DNA from: an uncultured Clostridia bacterium
Lineage (GTDB): Bacteria > Bacillota > Clostridia > UBA1212 > UBA1255
Length of the DNA: 64,000 nucleotides
Direction: 5' to 3'
Assembly (NCBI GenBank): GCA_947625435.1
Contig: CANQOI010000002.1
Span: 1,043 to 65,042 of the forward strand
In this document: in pieces, positions 16,540-27,161 of the stretch
Layout: each line of letters begins with the position of its first letter
How positions within the stretch are numbered: the first letter of the stretch is position 1
Program-made: the position numbers and the translations under genes
Notes under the pieces: generated by a model
Told to the model about the DNA's origin: nothing
Seen by the model: only the letters and a program-made list of their open reading frames with translations
Databases searched by the model: none

Positions 16540-17406
16540 TTATATTTTAAAATTATTTATTTCGCATATGTATTCCGCAGGGCCCGTCATATAAACATCC
16601 CCGTCTTTGCCGTCCCACTCTGTTACGAGAGTGCCCCCTTTAAGTTCCACAGTCACTTTGCCCGGGCGGCATCGGCCTTTGATGATCGACGCCGCGGCGG
16701 CAGCGCACGCTCCCGTGCCGCATGCCATCGTCTCTCCCGAGCCCCGCTCCCACACGCGCATTTTAAGAGCGTTGGGGCCTGTCACCTCGGCAAATTCAAT
16801 GTTGGCCCTGTCCGGGAATATCGCGTCGTGCTCCGCTTCGGGGCCTGCCTTTTCTATTTCAACGGCGTCCGCCGAATCCGTAAATGTCACTGCGTGAGGA
16901 TTCCCCATTGAAACGAGCGTATACTCCCTGCCCTTTATTTCGGCCGTATATCCCGCCTCTTTTTTCTGCGCGCACGCCTTGCCGCCCTCATCGGAAGGAA
17001 GTATCACATCCATTTCAGAGGGCTTTCCCATATTCACCCGCGCCCCGGTGCACACTCCGTTTTCCGTAATGAGCTTAAGGTGCCTGACCTTGCCGCCGCT
17101 CTCTATGTCGGCAGTGTCTTTATTTATGTATCCGTTGTCATACAGATATTTTCCGACGCAGCGCACGCCGTTCCCGCACATATATGCGTACGAGCCGTCC
17201 GCATTGTATACCCTCATCTCACAGTCCGCGTTATCGGAAGGACATATGAGTATGAGTCCGTCGGAGCCGACCCCCGTGTGTCTGTCCGATATCTTCACCG
17301 CAAACTCATGCGGATCCGCCGCAAGCTTCTTCGCATTCTCTCCCCCGCCGAGGCAGTCGGCGAATATGTAATCGTTGCCGATACCGTGCATTTTAACAAG
17401 TTTCAT
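16540..17406 (-). CDS. dapF: diaminopimelate epimerase
   Basis: MHGIGNDY, CGNGVRC and GSGETMACGTGA catalytic-cysteine motifs. Confidence 0.9.
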   Translation of the reverse strand: MKLVKMHGIGNDYIFADCLGGGENAKKLAADPHEFAVKISDRHTGVGSDGLILICPSDNADCEMRVYNADGSYAYMCGNGVRCVGKYLYDNGYINKDTADIESGGKVRHLKLITENGVCTGARVNMGKPSEMDVILPSDEGGKACAQKKEAGYTAEIKGREYTLVSMGNPHAVTFTDSADAVEIEKAGPEAEHDAIFPDRANIEFAEVTGPNALKMRVWERGSGETMACGTGACAAAAASIIKGRCRPGKVTVELKGGTLVTEWDGKDGDVYMTGPAEYICEINNFKI

Positions 17407-20095
17407 TTTTTGTTTTCCCCCTTTTCCGTATTATGTTATATGCCGCGGCGCAGGCCGCTGCGGATATGAAGCAGAGTGTCACGGACGTGCCCAATACGCT
17501 CCCCGGCACGCTGTATTCCAATTCTATCTCATGCGTGCCGGCCGTTATGTCAAAGCAGAGCAATCCGTCTTCAAAGGCCCATGTATCCGTGCGCTTTCCG
17601 TCTACGTATACTTTCCAGGACTCGTCGTACACAAGGCTCGTGAAAGCGCACCCGTCCTTCTGCGCATTTATGCTCCCCTTTATATATCCCGAATTCCATT
17701 CTTCTATATTCAAGGCGTTTTCCCTGAGCTTCTGCATTGTCTTCTCAAATTCATTTATATCAAGCTGGTAAAATGCATTGCCGTCCGTCCTCAGGCCGTA
17801 TCCGCTGATGCTTATGTTCACGCGCTCCCCCTCCCCGTAGCTTCCGAGGAACTGTACGCAGTCCGTCTCGCCCGTATATATCTTCGTTTCGTATTCTCCG
17901 TTTATCTTCATATAGGCTGTGCTGTTCCCGTATGCGGGTAAAACGGCATACAGGGGGCCGCTTCTTGGCATCTCCATGCTGTAGCTCACGGAGCCGTCCG
18001 ATGCCGTCATCACCGCGCCTGAATCTTCCGTCATTTTTATAAAATATGAAGTGTTCCCGTCGGTCATAAGGTTCAGCAGCGTATTCTGGGATTCCACGGC
18101 GTTCTGTGAGAAGCCGAATCCTTTTAAGCTGCCGCTGACGGCAATGCACGGAGGCAGCACATAAGGATTTTCGTACAGCACCGCCGTACCGCATTCCGCG
18201 GCCTTTACGTAATGGTCATAGGGCGCTCTGCTCCACCATATCACCCTGCCCCTGTCATCGAGTCTGTCGATCGCAGGGTCGCTCATAACATATTTTACCG
18301 AGAAAAGGGAATCGGTGACCGCGGTGGATCCCGCATATGAGCTCCACATATATATCTGCGCGAAGCCCATTTTCCTGAGGAAGGCATTTATGCTGCCGTT
18401 GAAAGACGAGCTGTAGTGACTTATGCCCGCGTACCCGAGCCCTATGGATTCGTTGAAATTTCTCTGGAAGCAGCTCCCCATCCTGTAAAATTCCCCGTCA
18501 GAAAGCGTTTCCGCGCTCTCAGCGAGGCTTTGGGTGAGCTTTTTGTATTCCGTATATTTTGAATAGGATTCGTACCTGTGGGCCTTGTCCAGACCCTCCG
18601 TGAGGAGCCTTGCGTTCGTGTATGTCTCCCACGCCGAAACGCCGCAGAAAGCTATGCTGAGGGCTATTGCGGCGGCATTTACCGATCTTATACCGATCCT
18701 GTCCCGCATGCCGCATATCAGAACTGCCGCCGTGACGACGACAAGGGCCGCTGTGAGAGCCGCGAGCGTGAGCCTTCTCTGAGCATCCCCCACTTCGTTT
18801 TCGCCTGCCGCGAGCACGCCGGCGTAAAATATGCCGGATATCATAAAAAATACGGCGCAGGCAGAATAGGGCACCTCGTGTATCCTCACAAACGCTCTTG
18901 CAGCCGTGAATATCACGAAAAATGATAATATGAATAAATATCTGTACGGGAACCAATTGGGCCTCTGGAAAACGTGCCACGCGGTATCCGTCGACTCAAA
19001 ATATGTGCTCATGCCGATAAACGCCGTTATGGCAAATGTCATGACTTTATCTCTCTTTGATACGCTTTCAGTGAAAAAGAATATAAAATACAGCGCGGCG
19101 GTCACCATGCCGCAGTATATGAACGGCGTGCCGCTGTTCGTGATGCTGTCATACGTTCCAATAAAGAATTTTTTGTATATGTCCGTCATATCGTAATTCG
19201 TACCCGCCATTCCGAGGGTGTTTGCGACGCTGCCCATGAACGAGCCGGATATTTTACCCTCGTAAAGCGAACAGAGCGCGGGCAGCAGCAGCCACGCTCC
19301 CATACATGCGGCGGACACGGCGCTTCCGACGAATTTTACGAGCACGGACAGTATGCCCGGCCTGCTTTCAGGCGTGTCATCCTGTCTCACGAGGGCGAAC
19401 AGGAGATATATGCATGCGAATATGCCCACCATATATGATATATAATACGTGGATATGAAGAGAAAGCTCAGCGATATGAACAATATGTACGGTTTTCCTC
19501 CGCAGGCTACGGTCTCCGTCCCGAGTATGACTATGGGAAGCCATATAACGGCGTCGAGCCACATCACGCACATGGAATAGACTATGCTGTACGACATGAG
19601 CGCATAAAATACGGCGAACGCCGGTATATACGCTCTTATATGTCCGGAAAGACGGGAGCTTTGCGTGCCGCGGAGCATTTTACAGAGAAATATACCGAAT
19701 GTGAGTCCGCTGAGGCCGATCTTTATGACCGTGAGCCACATGAGTCCCACGGGCATGTATTCGTTCGGGCACAGGAGCGTCAGCACGGAAAGCGGGCTCG
19801 ATACGTAATATGCGAATACTCCCGCATAATTGCTCCCGAACACCTTGGACCAGGAAAATAATATGCCGCCGTTCTGCGGGCTTATGTGCTTGAGTCCGCA
19901 GAAGAATTCGGAATACTGCGCCGACATATCCATTATGAGCACCGATCTGTCACCGAAGGGGGCTATATCGTAAAAGTAATATACGAGCGTCATTATGGCG
20001 GCAGGCAGAACGAAGCATGCCGCAAGGCACAAGGCGGTACGCCGGCGGCGTGCAGGTTGTTTTATATACGATGCCGGTTTACATTGTAGTACCAT
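17393..20095 (-). CDS. YfhO-family polytopic membrane protein (900 aa)
   Basis: Many TM helices in the N-terminal half and a large extracytoplasmic C-terminal domain. PFGDRSVLIMDMSAQYSEFF is typical of YfhO. Confidence 0.65.
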   Translation of the reverse strand: MVLQCKPASYIKQPARRRRTALCLAACFVLPAAIMTLVYYFYDIAPFGDRSVLIMDMSAQYSEFFCGLKHISPQNGGILFSWSKVFGSNYAGVFAYYVSSPLSVLTLLCPNEYMPVGLMWLTVIKIGLSGLTFGIFLCKMLRGTQSSRLSGHIRAYIPAFAVFYALMSYSIVYSMCVMWLDAVIWLPIVILGTETVACGGKPYILFISLSFLFISTYYISYMVGIFACIYLLFALVRQDDTPESRPGILSVLVKFVGSAVSAACMGAWLLLPALCSLYEGKISGSFMGSVANTLGMAGTNYDMTDIYKKFFIGTYDSITNSGTPFIYCGMVTAALYFIFFFTESVSKRDKVMTFAITAFIGMSTYFESTDTAWHVFQRPNWFPYRYLFILSFFVIFTAARAFVRIHEVPYSACAVFFMISGIFYAGVLAAGENEVGDAQRRLTLAALTAALVVVTAAVLICGMRDRIGIRSVNAAAIALSIAFCGVSAWETYTNARLLTEGLDKAHRYESYSKYTEYKKLTQSLAESAETLSDGEFYRMGSCFQRNFNESIGLGYAGISHYSSSFNGSINAFLRKMGFAQIYMWSSYAGSTAVTDSLFSVKYVMSDPAIDRLDDRGRVIWWSRAPYDHYVKAAECGTAVLYENPYVLPPCIAVSGSLKGFGFSQNAVESQNTLLNLMTDGNTSYFIKMTEDSGAVMTASDGSVSYSMEMPRSGPLYAVLPAYGNSTAYMKINGEYETKIYTGETDCVQFLGSYGEGERVNISISGYGLRTDGNAFYQLDINEFEKTMQKLRENALNIEEWNSGYIKGSINAQKDGCAFTSLVYDESWKVYVDGKRTDTWAFEDGLLCFDITAGTHEIELEYSVPGSVLGTSVTLCFISAAACAAAYNIIRKRGKTKNETC

Positions 20096-20244
20096 ACGAG
20101 CCTTGTTCCCGCCTTTCCGCGCCGAGCCGCCTGACTTTTTAAGTGATCTTGATTATACCACCGCAAGGGGCTGTTGCAAATAAATTTTGTGTTTCACAAG
20201 AGTTGTGCTATAATTCCGCTATCTTTATATAAGGAGTCATTTCG

Positions 20245-22428
20245 GTGAGCGCGAAAAAGAAGAAGGTTTCAAAAGAAAAAAAAGATCCGGTTCAGATCAT
20301 ATCCAAAAGCTTTTGGGTCACATTCGTAGTCATACTTAAGACGGCCGTGATAGTCGCAGTGATAGCGGCGTGCATTGCGGGCGGTCTCCTCGTGGGCGTT
20401 GTGGCAGGATGCATAATAACGACCAAACCTCTCACCGACGAACAGCTCGATATAAAGAATTCAACCGCGCTCACATCCTTTGTATACGACAGTCAGGGGA
20501 ATGAGCTTGTCCACATAAAGGGAACATCCAATGTGAACCGTCAGCTTGCCGATATCGAAGATATACCCGTGAATCTCAGGAACGCTTTTATAGCGATAGA
20601 GGACGAGCGTTTTTACACTCACAGCGGAGTGGACATCAAGAGGACGATAGGAGCATTTCTCGGATTTGTGATACCGAGCCTCGACGATTACGGCGGAAGC
20701 ACCATAACACAGCAGCTCGTAAAGAATCTCACGGGCGACGACAGGGCCAGCGTGCAGCGTAAGATACGCGAGCAGTGGCGCGCCATAAGGCTCGAGAAGA
20801 AGCTCGAGAAGGACGAGATACTTGAGCTTTATCTCAACATCATATATATGGGGCAGGATCTGTACGGCGTCAGATCGGCGTCTCTTGCGTATTTTAACAA
20901 GGATGTGAAGGATCTCGACCTTGCGGAATGCGCTTTTCTGGCGGGCATCACGAACAGCCCGAGCAGGTACAACCCTCTTACTCAGAAGGGGCGCACCAAT
21001 TGTTACGCAAGGCAGATAAATATACTCGATCAGATGCTCAGCCTCGGCATGATAACGGATGAGGAATACATCGAAGCCATACAGGAGCAGCTCGTCATCA
21101 ACGACAATTACAGGAAAGAAGTAGAGAAAGCGTCCATATACAGTTATTTTGTCGATGCCGCCCTCATAGACGTGCGCGAGGCACTTATGAAGCCGGTCGA
21201 GGAAGGCGGACTCGGATATTCTAAAGATGAGGCTATTGATCTTATATATCAGGGCGGTATCAATATATATACCACCATGGATCCCGCTGTTCAGAAGATA
21301 GTGGACGAGGAGTTCTGCAATCCCGATAACTTCCCCGTAAATCACCTGTATTCAGATCCCGCGGACATGGCACAGTCCTCCATAGTCATAATGGATCAGT
21401 GGAGCGGGCAGATAGTGGCTATGTACGGGGGCTACGGCAGTAAGACGCAGAGTCTTTCTTTTAACTATGCGACAAGCGCAAAGAGGCAGCCGGGTTCCGC
21501 GATAAAGCCGCTGCTCGTTTACGGGCCTCTCATCGATCAGCACCTGATAAACGACACTACCATTGTAAAAGACGAACAGGTATTTCTCGATCCTCAGAAT
21601 CCGGAGACGCCGTGGCCTAAGAATTCATACAATACATTTTACGGTCCCATATCCGTGCGCTACGCTCTCGAGCAGTCGTCAAACGTGGCGGCGGTGCGCC
21701 TTTATGTGGATCATATTCAGGAAAACCTGCAATATCTTAAGAACCTCGGCATAGACCGCACATCCGAGACACACCCGTCTCTTGCCATAGGAGGTTTTAA
21801 CACCGGCGTTACGACCGAGGAGATGACGGGCGCGTATGCCGCTTTTGCGAACGGAGGCATATACTACAAGCCCATAACCTTTACAAAGGTGACCGACATA
21901 AACGGCAGGACGATAATAACCAATAACGGCTCGCCCGTTTCTGTATTTCAGGATTACAGGACGCCTGCGCTCATGACGGACATACTTGAGTCTGTCGTAA
22001 CGAGCGGTACGGGCCGCGGTACGCAGATATACAATGCAAACGGCACGGCCATCCCCACTGCGGGCAAGACCGGTACAACGACGAGCAATTACGATTACTG
22101 GTTCTGCGGATATACTCCTTATTACACTGCGTCCGTATGGTACGGCTATGAGATGCAGAAATCTATTTCTTCGGCTGAAAACGGCGCCGCAAGGAAGATA
22201 TGGGCCGCCGTGATGACGCGGGTACATGAGAATCTGGAGTATAGGGATTTTGACGGTATGAGCAGTATTTTAAGCGTAGAGGTATGCAGGGATACGAATA
22301 TGCTGCCCACTTCCGAATGCCGTAAGGCAAACAGAGTTGTCACGGGTCATTTTGCGGCGGGTTATGAGCCCACCGAAACATGTTCTATGCATAAGGAACC
22401 TGTTCCGGTTCAGACCGGGGTGCACTGA
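20245..22428 (+). CDS. class A penicillin-binding protein (PBP1A, transglycosylase/transpeptidase)
   Basis: EDERFYTHSG and GGSTITQQLVKN (GT51), then SxxK/KTG transpeptidase motifs (GKTGTT). N-terminal TM anchor. Extended -10 tgcTATAAT at 20206-20214 and RBS aaggag. Confidence 0.85.
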   Translation: MSAKKKKVSKEKKDPVQIISKSFWVTFVVILKTAVIVAVIAACIAGGLLVGVVAGCIITTKPLTDEQLDIKNSTALTSFVYDSQGNELVHIKGTSNVNRQLADIEDIPVNLRNAFIAIEDERFYTHSGVDIKRTIGAFLGFVIPSLDDYGGSTITQQLVKNLTGDDRASVQRKIREQWRAIRLEKKLEKDEILELYLNIIYMGQDLYGVRSASLAYFNKDVKDLDLAECAFLAGITNSPSRYNPLTQKGRTNCYARQINILDQMLSLGMITDEEYIEAIQEQLVINDNYRKEVEKASIYSYFVDAALIDVREALMKPVEEGGLGYSKDEAIDLIYQGGINIYTTMDPAVQKIVDEEFCNPDNFPVNHLYSDPADMAQSSIVIMDQWSGQIVAMYGGYGSKTQSLSFNYATSAKRQPGSAIKPLLVYGPLIDQHLINDTTIVKDEQVFLDPQNPETPWPKNSYNTFYGPISVRYALEQSSNVAAVRLYVDHIQENLQYLKNLGIDRTSETHPSLAIGGFNTGVTTEEMTGAYAAFANGGIYYKPITFTKVTDINGRTIITNNGSPVSVFQDYRTPALMTDILESVVTSGTGRGTQIYNANGTAIPTAGKTGTTTSNYDYWFCGYTPYYTASVWYGYEMQKSISSAENGAARKIWAAVMTRVHENLEYRDFDGMSSILSVEVCRDTNMLPTSECRKANRVVTGHFAAGYEPTETCSMHKEPVPVQTGVH

Positions 22429-22429
22429 T

Positions 22430-23611
22430 ATGTATAAAGATAAAAGTCTTAAAGGTACGTTTGTTGCCGCTGCCTGTGCGGGGGCGCTATTTGCTGTGTC
22501 ATTGATACTGTACGTTCTGTGCCGCACTGTCATACCCGCGGAGGCGGTGTCCGAATTTTATACCGACGTGATATTCTATTATATATCGTGGCCTTTGAAG
22601 GCCGCCGTATCGTATTTTCCTTTTTCTTTTGCGGAGATATTTCTTTACGTATCCGTCATTTCATTTGCGGCCGCTCTCGTCATAACGGTCATACATACCG
22701 TTTCACGCGTTAAGGAGCACGTTTTTTTTAAGAAGGAAGGCACGCGTCTGCCTCTTTTCCGTATCTTCAGGCCGTCCGTTAAGTTCATTACGGTTGCGGC
22801 TCTGTTTTTGTGCCTGGTATGTTCCGCTTTCATACTTTTCGGGGGACTGAATTATACAAGTCTCACATTTTACGAAAGATCGGGCTATTCGGATGAAGAG
22901 TACAGCGTTTCACAGCTGACGGAAATATGCAGATATCTTTCGGAGAAGACGTCGGAAGCCCGTGCGAACACCGTTCGCAGACCCGGCGGCATGATAGACG
23001 CGGACTGTCCCGGCTATAACATTTTTACTCTCACTGATGACGCGGTGTCGGCATACGGCGCGCTTCCCGATGAATTCGACAGTTTAAAACGCACGTACCC
23101 GCGGGTCAAGCCGGCCATAAGCTCTTATTTTATGTCAAATATCCATCTTACGGGGATATATCCGTACATAATACCGGAAGCTGTAGTAAATGCTCAGACT
23201 CCCGTAATGAGTCTCCCTCACACTATATGTCATGAAATGGCGCATCAGAGGGGATTTGCAAGAGAGGACGAGGCTAATTACATAGCATATCTTGCCTGCA
23301 TACACAGCGACAATCCGCTTTTTGTCTATTCCGGGTACTATACCGCATTCTCGTATGCCATGAACCAACTCATCATGTACGATACTGATGCGTGGAACGA
23401 GATCGCATCCGACACGGACAGGTATGTGTGGGCCGACATGTCTTATGAGAATACATTCTGGGCGCAGTTCGACACAGTGAGCAGTGAATTTACAGAGAGT
23501 GTGAATGATACATACTTAAACGTGATGGATGTGGATGACGGCGTGCACAGCTACGGAAGGATGGTCGATCTCCTGATAGCCGGAGCGATACGCGACGGTA
23601 TCATTGAGTAA
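22430..23611 (+). CDS. DUF3810-like membrane protein with an HExxH motif (putative zinc metallopeptidase)
   Basis: N-terminal TM helices. HTICHEMAHQRGFAREDEANYIAY. Start placed at the in-frame ATG immediately after the PBP stop. Confidence 0.5.
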   Translation: MYKDKSLKGTFVAAACAGALFAVSLILYVLCRTVIPAEAVSEFYTDVIFYYISWPLKAAVSYFPFSFAEIFLYVSVISFAAALVITVIHTVSRVKEHVFFKKEGTRLPLFRIFRPSVKFITVAALFLCLVCSAFILFGGLNYTSLTFYERSGYSDEEYSVSQLTEICRYLSEKTSEARANTVRRPGGMIDADCPGYNIFTLTDDAVSAYGALPDEFDSLKRTYPRVKPAISSYFMSNIHLTGIYPYIIPEAVVNAQTPVMSLPHTICHEMAHQRGFAREDEANYIAYLACIHSDNPLFVYSGYYTAFSYAMNQLIMYDTDAWNEIASDTDRYVWADMSYENTFWAQFDTVSSEFTESVNDTYLNVMDVDDGVHSYGRMVDLLIAGAIRDGIIE

Positions 23612-23613
23612 GA

Positions 23614-25005
23614 TCACGTTTCGGGTGTAGGAGAAGGCTCCGCGGTCTCCTCGGTCGTATCCGGAGGAGTAGGCTCGGGCTCCGTTGTGGCCGGTATCTC
23701 AGGCGTGACAGTGGGAGTCGGCGGCGCAGGACTGTTGTCCGGAGGTGCGGGCGTCTCATCTATAAGCGGGAGAGATATATTTACTGTATATACATATTCG
23801 CCTATGACAGTGAATTTGGTGCTGTCTGTTCCCGTAAATTCAAGCGGTATCCTGTACTCGCCCACACCGAGGTCGGTAAGATCGAGTGTGGCTCCGAGAG
23901 ACGACGCCGATATCCTGTCCAGATCCTCTGCCTTTCCTTTTACTCTTACGGAGAAGCCCTCCGGTGAAAATGTATATACGTACAGCGCGGTATTTTTGCC
24001 CGGGGTGCTTATGGAGGAATTTACATTAACATTTACGGACCGTACTTCATACTCGGATATGACCGCCGATACTGTTATGTGCGAAGCATCGTATGAAGTG
24101 ACTCCGGCAGGCAGCAGATCCGACAGACCGAAGTCGGCCGTCACGCTCTGAGAAGCGCCCGTTATATCAACCTTACCTACATTTATCTGATCTATATTCC
24201 GTATGGCAGCCCAGTCGCCCCTTAACATTACCGTCTCGGGAGACACTGAATCTTCATTCACATAGAAGTCATCGTGAGGATTCCCCGTAAGCTCATATGC
24301 TACGGGCACCCGTTTTGCTACCTGTATCTTGACCGTTATCTTCTCTGTGCTGTAATTTGCCGTTACATCCTCGCCGCTGCTCAGAATATACCGGCCTATG
24401 TATGAGCCCGTTCTGTCCGAATCTATCGAGCCCTCGGCAAGCACGTCCGAAAGGCGCACGCGTATGCATTCTATCTCGTTTATTTCGGAAGCAAAACCGG
24501 ATATCTGCACAGTGCCCGGCTCGGGCGTAACTGAAATGAACTCATAGCCTTCCCTGAGCAGGCTGTTGTCATTTTCGACCACAACCTCAACATTCCTCTG
24601 TGTGACTTTGTCAAAATTCATATCTACCGTTTTGGGATAATAATCGCTTATTCTTACACCGAGTCTGGAGCAGGTGGGCCTGCTTACCTCCAGTGTCGTT
24701 TTGCCGGGCGATACGATATCCGCAAAGTCGACTGCCGTATAAAAATCGGACACTGAAAGATTTCCTATTATTTCGGATCTGCCCGATGCCTTCACTGTCA
24801 CTGTTTCGGGGAAAGAAGGCGTCTGATCGCTGAGTTCGAGAGATGAAGGGCTGTTGGGGTTAAGGATCGTAAGAGGTATCTCCAGTGTGCGCGTTTCCGT
24901 GGGATTTGTATAATTCTGTACGAGCAGCCACGTTATTATGCCCAGCAGAACCGATATGATAACATAAAAGCTCTTGCTCTTCAGTATTCTGTCAAGCTTT
25001 GCCAT
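23614..25005 (-). CDS. cdaR: YbbR-domain protein CdaR (regulator of diadenylate cyclase)
   Basis: Lies immediately downstream of cdaA. N-terminal TM, then repeated beta-rich YbbR-like units and a Pro/Thr/Glu-rich tail. Start set at the ATG with RBS ggggtg (25005), not the longer ORF. Confidence 0.65.
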   Translation of the reverse strand: MAKLDRILKSKSFYVIISVLLGIITWLLVQNYTNPTETRTLEIPLTILNPNSPSSLELSDQTPSFPETVTVKASGRSEIIGNLSVSDFYTAVDFADIVSPGKTTLEVSRPTCSRLGVRISDYYPKTVDMNFDKVTQRNVEVVVENDNSLLREGYEFISVTPEPGTVQISGFASEINEIECIRVRLSDVLAEGSIDSDRTGSYIGRYILSSGEDVTANYSTEKITVKIQVAKRVPVAYELTGNPHDDFYVNEDSVSPETVMLRGDWAAIRNIDQINVGKVDITGASQSVTADFGLSDLLPAGVTSYDASHITVSAVISEYEVRSVNVNVNSSISTPGKNTALYVYTFSPEGFSVRVKGKAEDLDRISASSLGATLDLTDLGVGEYRIPLEFTGTDSTKFTVIGEYVYTVNISLPLIDETPAPPDNSPAPPTPTVTPEIPATTEPEPTPPDTTEETAEPSPTPET

Positions 25006-25984
25006 CCGTACCACCCCTTCTGTCATTGCGAGCGCCGCCGGCGTCGCTTGCAGCACTTGTTTCTGTTTCGGCTTTCTTCGCCGCTTTTGCATCTGCGCTC
25101 TTATTTTTCCTTCTGAACATTCCGAGCATGGCACTGCCGCTTTTTTTACCCGTTTCACGCGGTGCGAGACCGTCTCTGAGAAGCTTTCTGAGTACGTCCG
25201 GCGTGATATTCCGCGTGATAACGCCGTTTCTGGCTATCGAGACATATCCCGTTTCCTCTGATACTATGACGGATATGCAGTCCGTACTTTCGCTTATGCC
25301 TATTCCGGCACGGTGACGCGTTCCGAAATCTTTATTCAGATGGAGATTGTTTGACAGAGGGAGATAACATGCGGCAGCGTATATTTTATTACCCCTTATT
25401 ATGACAGCGCCGTCATGGAGAGGCGTGTTTTTCACGAACAGAAGTCTCAAAAGCTGTGATGAAACAGCTGCGTTCACGATCGTTCCCGTCCGTATGACCT
25501 CGCTCAGATTCGTCTCGCGTTCAAATATGATGAGCGCTCCCGTCTTTTCCTCCGCCATTGCAAACGAAGCCTTTACGACCTCCTCCACAAGGACGCTCAT
25601 ATCCGCCGTGTTCTGATTCCCCGCGGCGAATATTTCCTTTATGGGGCTTTTGCCGAGCCCTTCGAGTATCCTCCTGAGCTCCGGCTGGAACAGCACTATG
25701 AGTATTACGGGCAGCACCTCTATGACTGTCTTTAATATGAACGACACGGTGGAAAGTCCCAGCAGATCGGACACAAACGAAGCCACGAGAACGAGTATCA
25801 CGCCCTTTATGAGCTGGAGAGCGCGCGAGTCCTTGAGCAGCGTTATGAGCAGGTAAAATAAATACGAGATCAAAAGAATGTCTATTATTATCTTAAAGAC
25901 ATCCCAGACTCCCCGTATGCCGAAATATTCGACCAGGAATGTTGTAAATCTGCTGAAATCAGAGCTTTCCGCCACAAGCATCAT
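24992..25984 (-). CDS. cdaA: diadenylate cyclase CdaA (DisA_N/DAC domain, N-terminal TM helices)
   Basis: DAC motifs LHDGAVIIRGNKI and GTRHRAGIGISE. Three N-terminal TM helices. Confidence 0.85.
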   Translation of the reverse strand: MMLVAESSDFSRFTTFLVEYFGIRGVWDVFKIIIDILLISYLFYLLITLLKDSRALQLIKGVILVLVASFVSDLLGLSTVSFILKTVIEVLPVILIVLFQPELRRILEGLGKSPIKEIFAAGNQNTADMSVLVEEVVKASFAMAEEKTGALIIFERETNLSEVIRTGTIVNAAVSSQLLRLLFVKNTPLHDGAVIIRGNKIYAAACYLPLSNNLHLNKDFGTRHRAGIGISESTDCISVIVSEETGYVSIARNGVITRNITPDVLRKLLRDGLAPRETGKKSGSAMLGMFRRKNKSADAKAAKKAETETSAASDAGGARNDRRGGTDGKA

Positions 25985-25994
25985 GCAACCCGCC

Positions 25995-26123
25995 TTTAAA
26001 TCTCCGTCAGAAACTGTATGAGTGCAAAAATCACACCGGCAGCCATAGAGAATGCCAATATGAGACAGATTATTCTTATTACAAATTTATTCGTTTTATT
26101 CCTTACTGTCTGCTTATCCTTCA
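25995..26123 (-). CDS. possible 42-aa single-TM micro-protein immediately upstream of cdaA
   Basis: ORF MKDKQTVRNKTNKFVIRIICLILAFSMAAGVIFALIQFLTEI with RBS ggagtg. Not in the ORF track (<60 aa). Confidence 0.25.
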
Positions 26124-26129
26124 TGGCCG

Positions 26130-26765
26130 TCACTCCGCATCGGCATATTTGACCTCTACTGATGAAACGTTACGGTTAAATTCCGTGATCTCTTTGTCCA
26201 TTTTATCAGATATGGCCTTCAGCGCATCCTCCATCTGCTGCTTGACGCTGTCACACATCTGTGTCACCTCGATGCGCATGTTGCGCAGATGTACATTTTT
26301 GTTCACTATATTTACGCGTAAAATCTCAGACTGTTCTTCAAGAGCCCTTCGTTCGCTCTCAGCCTGCACATGAGCCTGCTCCACGATCTCCTTTGCCGTA
26401 TTCTCGGCGTTTATGAGCACGTCGGCTATCTTTGCTTTTTCATTCTGAAGTACTATATATGAAGAAGAAAGGCTGTTATACTGCGCAAGGAGGCTGTTAT
26501 ATGTATCGGCAAGCTCACTGTACGCCTCACCGAGCTTTATTATCTCGTTGGTGTTGGCCTCTATGATATCCGCATAATGACGGTTCATTGCCGACACATA
26601 TTCCGTTACGTATTTTTTTCTGTATTTTTTGAGAGGCAGGTCAAATGTTTTTATTTCACATCTGCCCTCCGCAAGTATCGTATCTTTGTCTATAGGCTGC
26701 ACAGGCTCCGGCGGTTTAATCTGAAACTGGTTCTCCAATGTCCTTCCTCCTAACATATCTGTCAA
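26130..26765 (-). CDS. DivIVA-domain coiled-coil protein (start uncertain; the ORF overlaps the upstream thioredoxin-like gene by 50 nt)
   Basis: KTFDLPLKKYRKKYVTEYV resembles the DivIVA N-terminal motif, followed by a long coiled coil. Confidence 0.45.
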   Translation of the reverse strand: MTDMLGGRTLENQFQIKPPEPVQPIDKDTILAEGRCEIKTFDLPLKKYRKKYVTEYVSAMNRHYADIIEANTNEIIKLGEAYSELADTYNSLLAQYNSLSSSYIVLQNEKAKIADVLINAENTAKEIVEQAHVQAESERRALEEQSEILRVNIVNKNVHLRNMRIEVTQMCDSVKQQMEDALKAISDKMDKEITEFNRNVSSVEVKYADAE

Positions 26766-27078
26766 GCACGCTCCTTAAATCTTCGATGGAGCGGAGTCCT
26801 ATCATCCTCTGCTGCGTTATCCCGTCAACGAGCACCGCAAGCGTGGGAGCACTCGTAATGCGGTATTCGTGCGTTATGGCAGGACATTCCTCCACGTTCA
26901 CAGAGCCTATGACAGCGCGTCCGTCATATTCCTCGGCAAGCCTGTCCAGCACCGGCGCCAGAGTCCTGCACGGGCCGCTGCTTGCTTTCCAGAAATTGAC
27001 GAGCACAGGCACATAACTCTTAATAACTATTCTGTTAAAATTATCATCGCTGAAATGTATGATCTTATCCGAAGCCAT
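26716..27078 (-). CDS. thioredoxin-fold protein with a degenerate active site (WKASSGPC in place of WCGPC)
   Basis: Thioredoxin-length protein with the conserved VLVNFW...GPC...AVIGSVNVEE layout, but the nucleophilic Cys is replaced by Ser. Confidence 0.65.
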   Translation of the reverse strand: MASDKIIHFSDDNFNRIVIKSYVPVLVNFWKASSGPCRTLAPVLDRLAEEYDGRAVIGSVNVEECPAITHEYRITSAPTLAVLVDGITQQRMIGLRSIEDLRSVLDRYVRRKDIGEPVSD

Positions 27079-27161
27079 TAAATTGTCACCTGTTGCATTA
27101 TTGATAATAAGTTTCTTTGACCGGATAAGTATAAATCAAGACGTATCTTTAGTCAACTGCT

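Noticed and set aside
17375-17941. 188-aa plus-strand ORF and other ORFs inside the YfhO gene
   Set aside because: Antisense to a 900-aa membrane protein with coherent TM topology.
20461-21345. 294-aa minus-strand ORF
   Set aside because: Antisense to the PBP1A gene, which has clear GT51/transpeptidase motifs.
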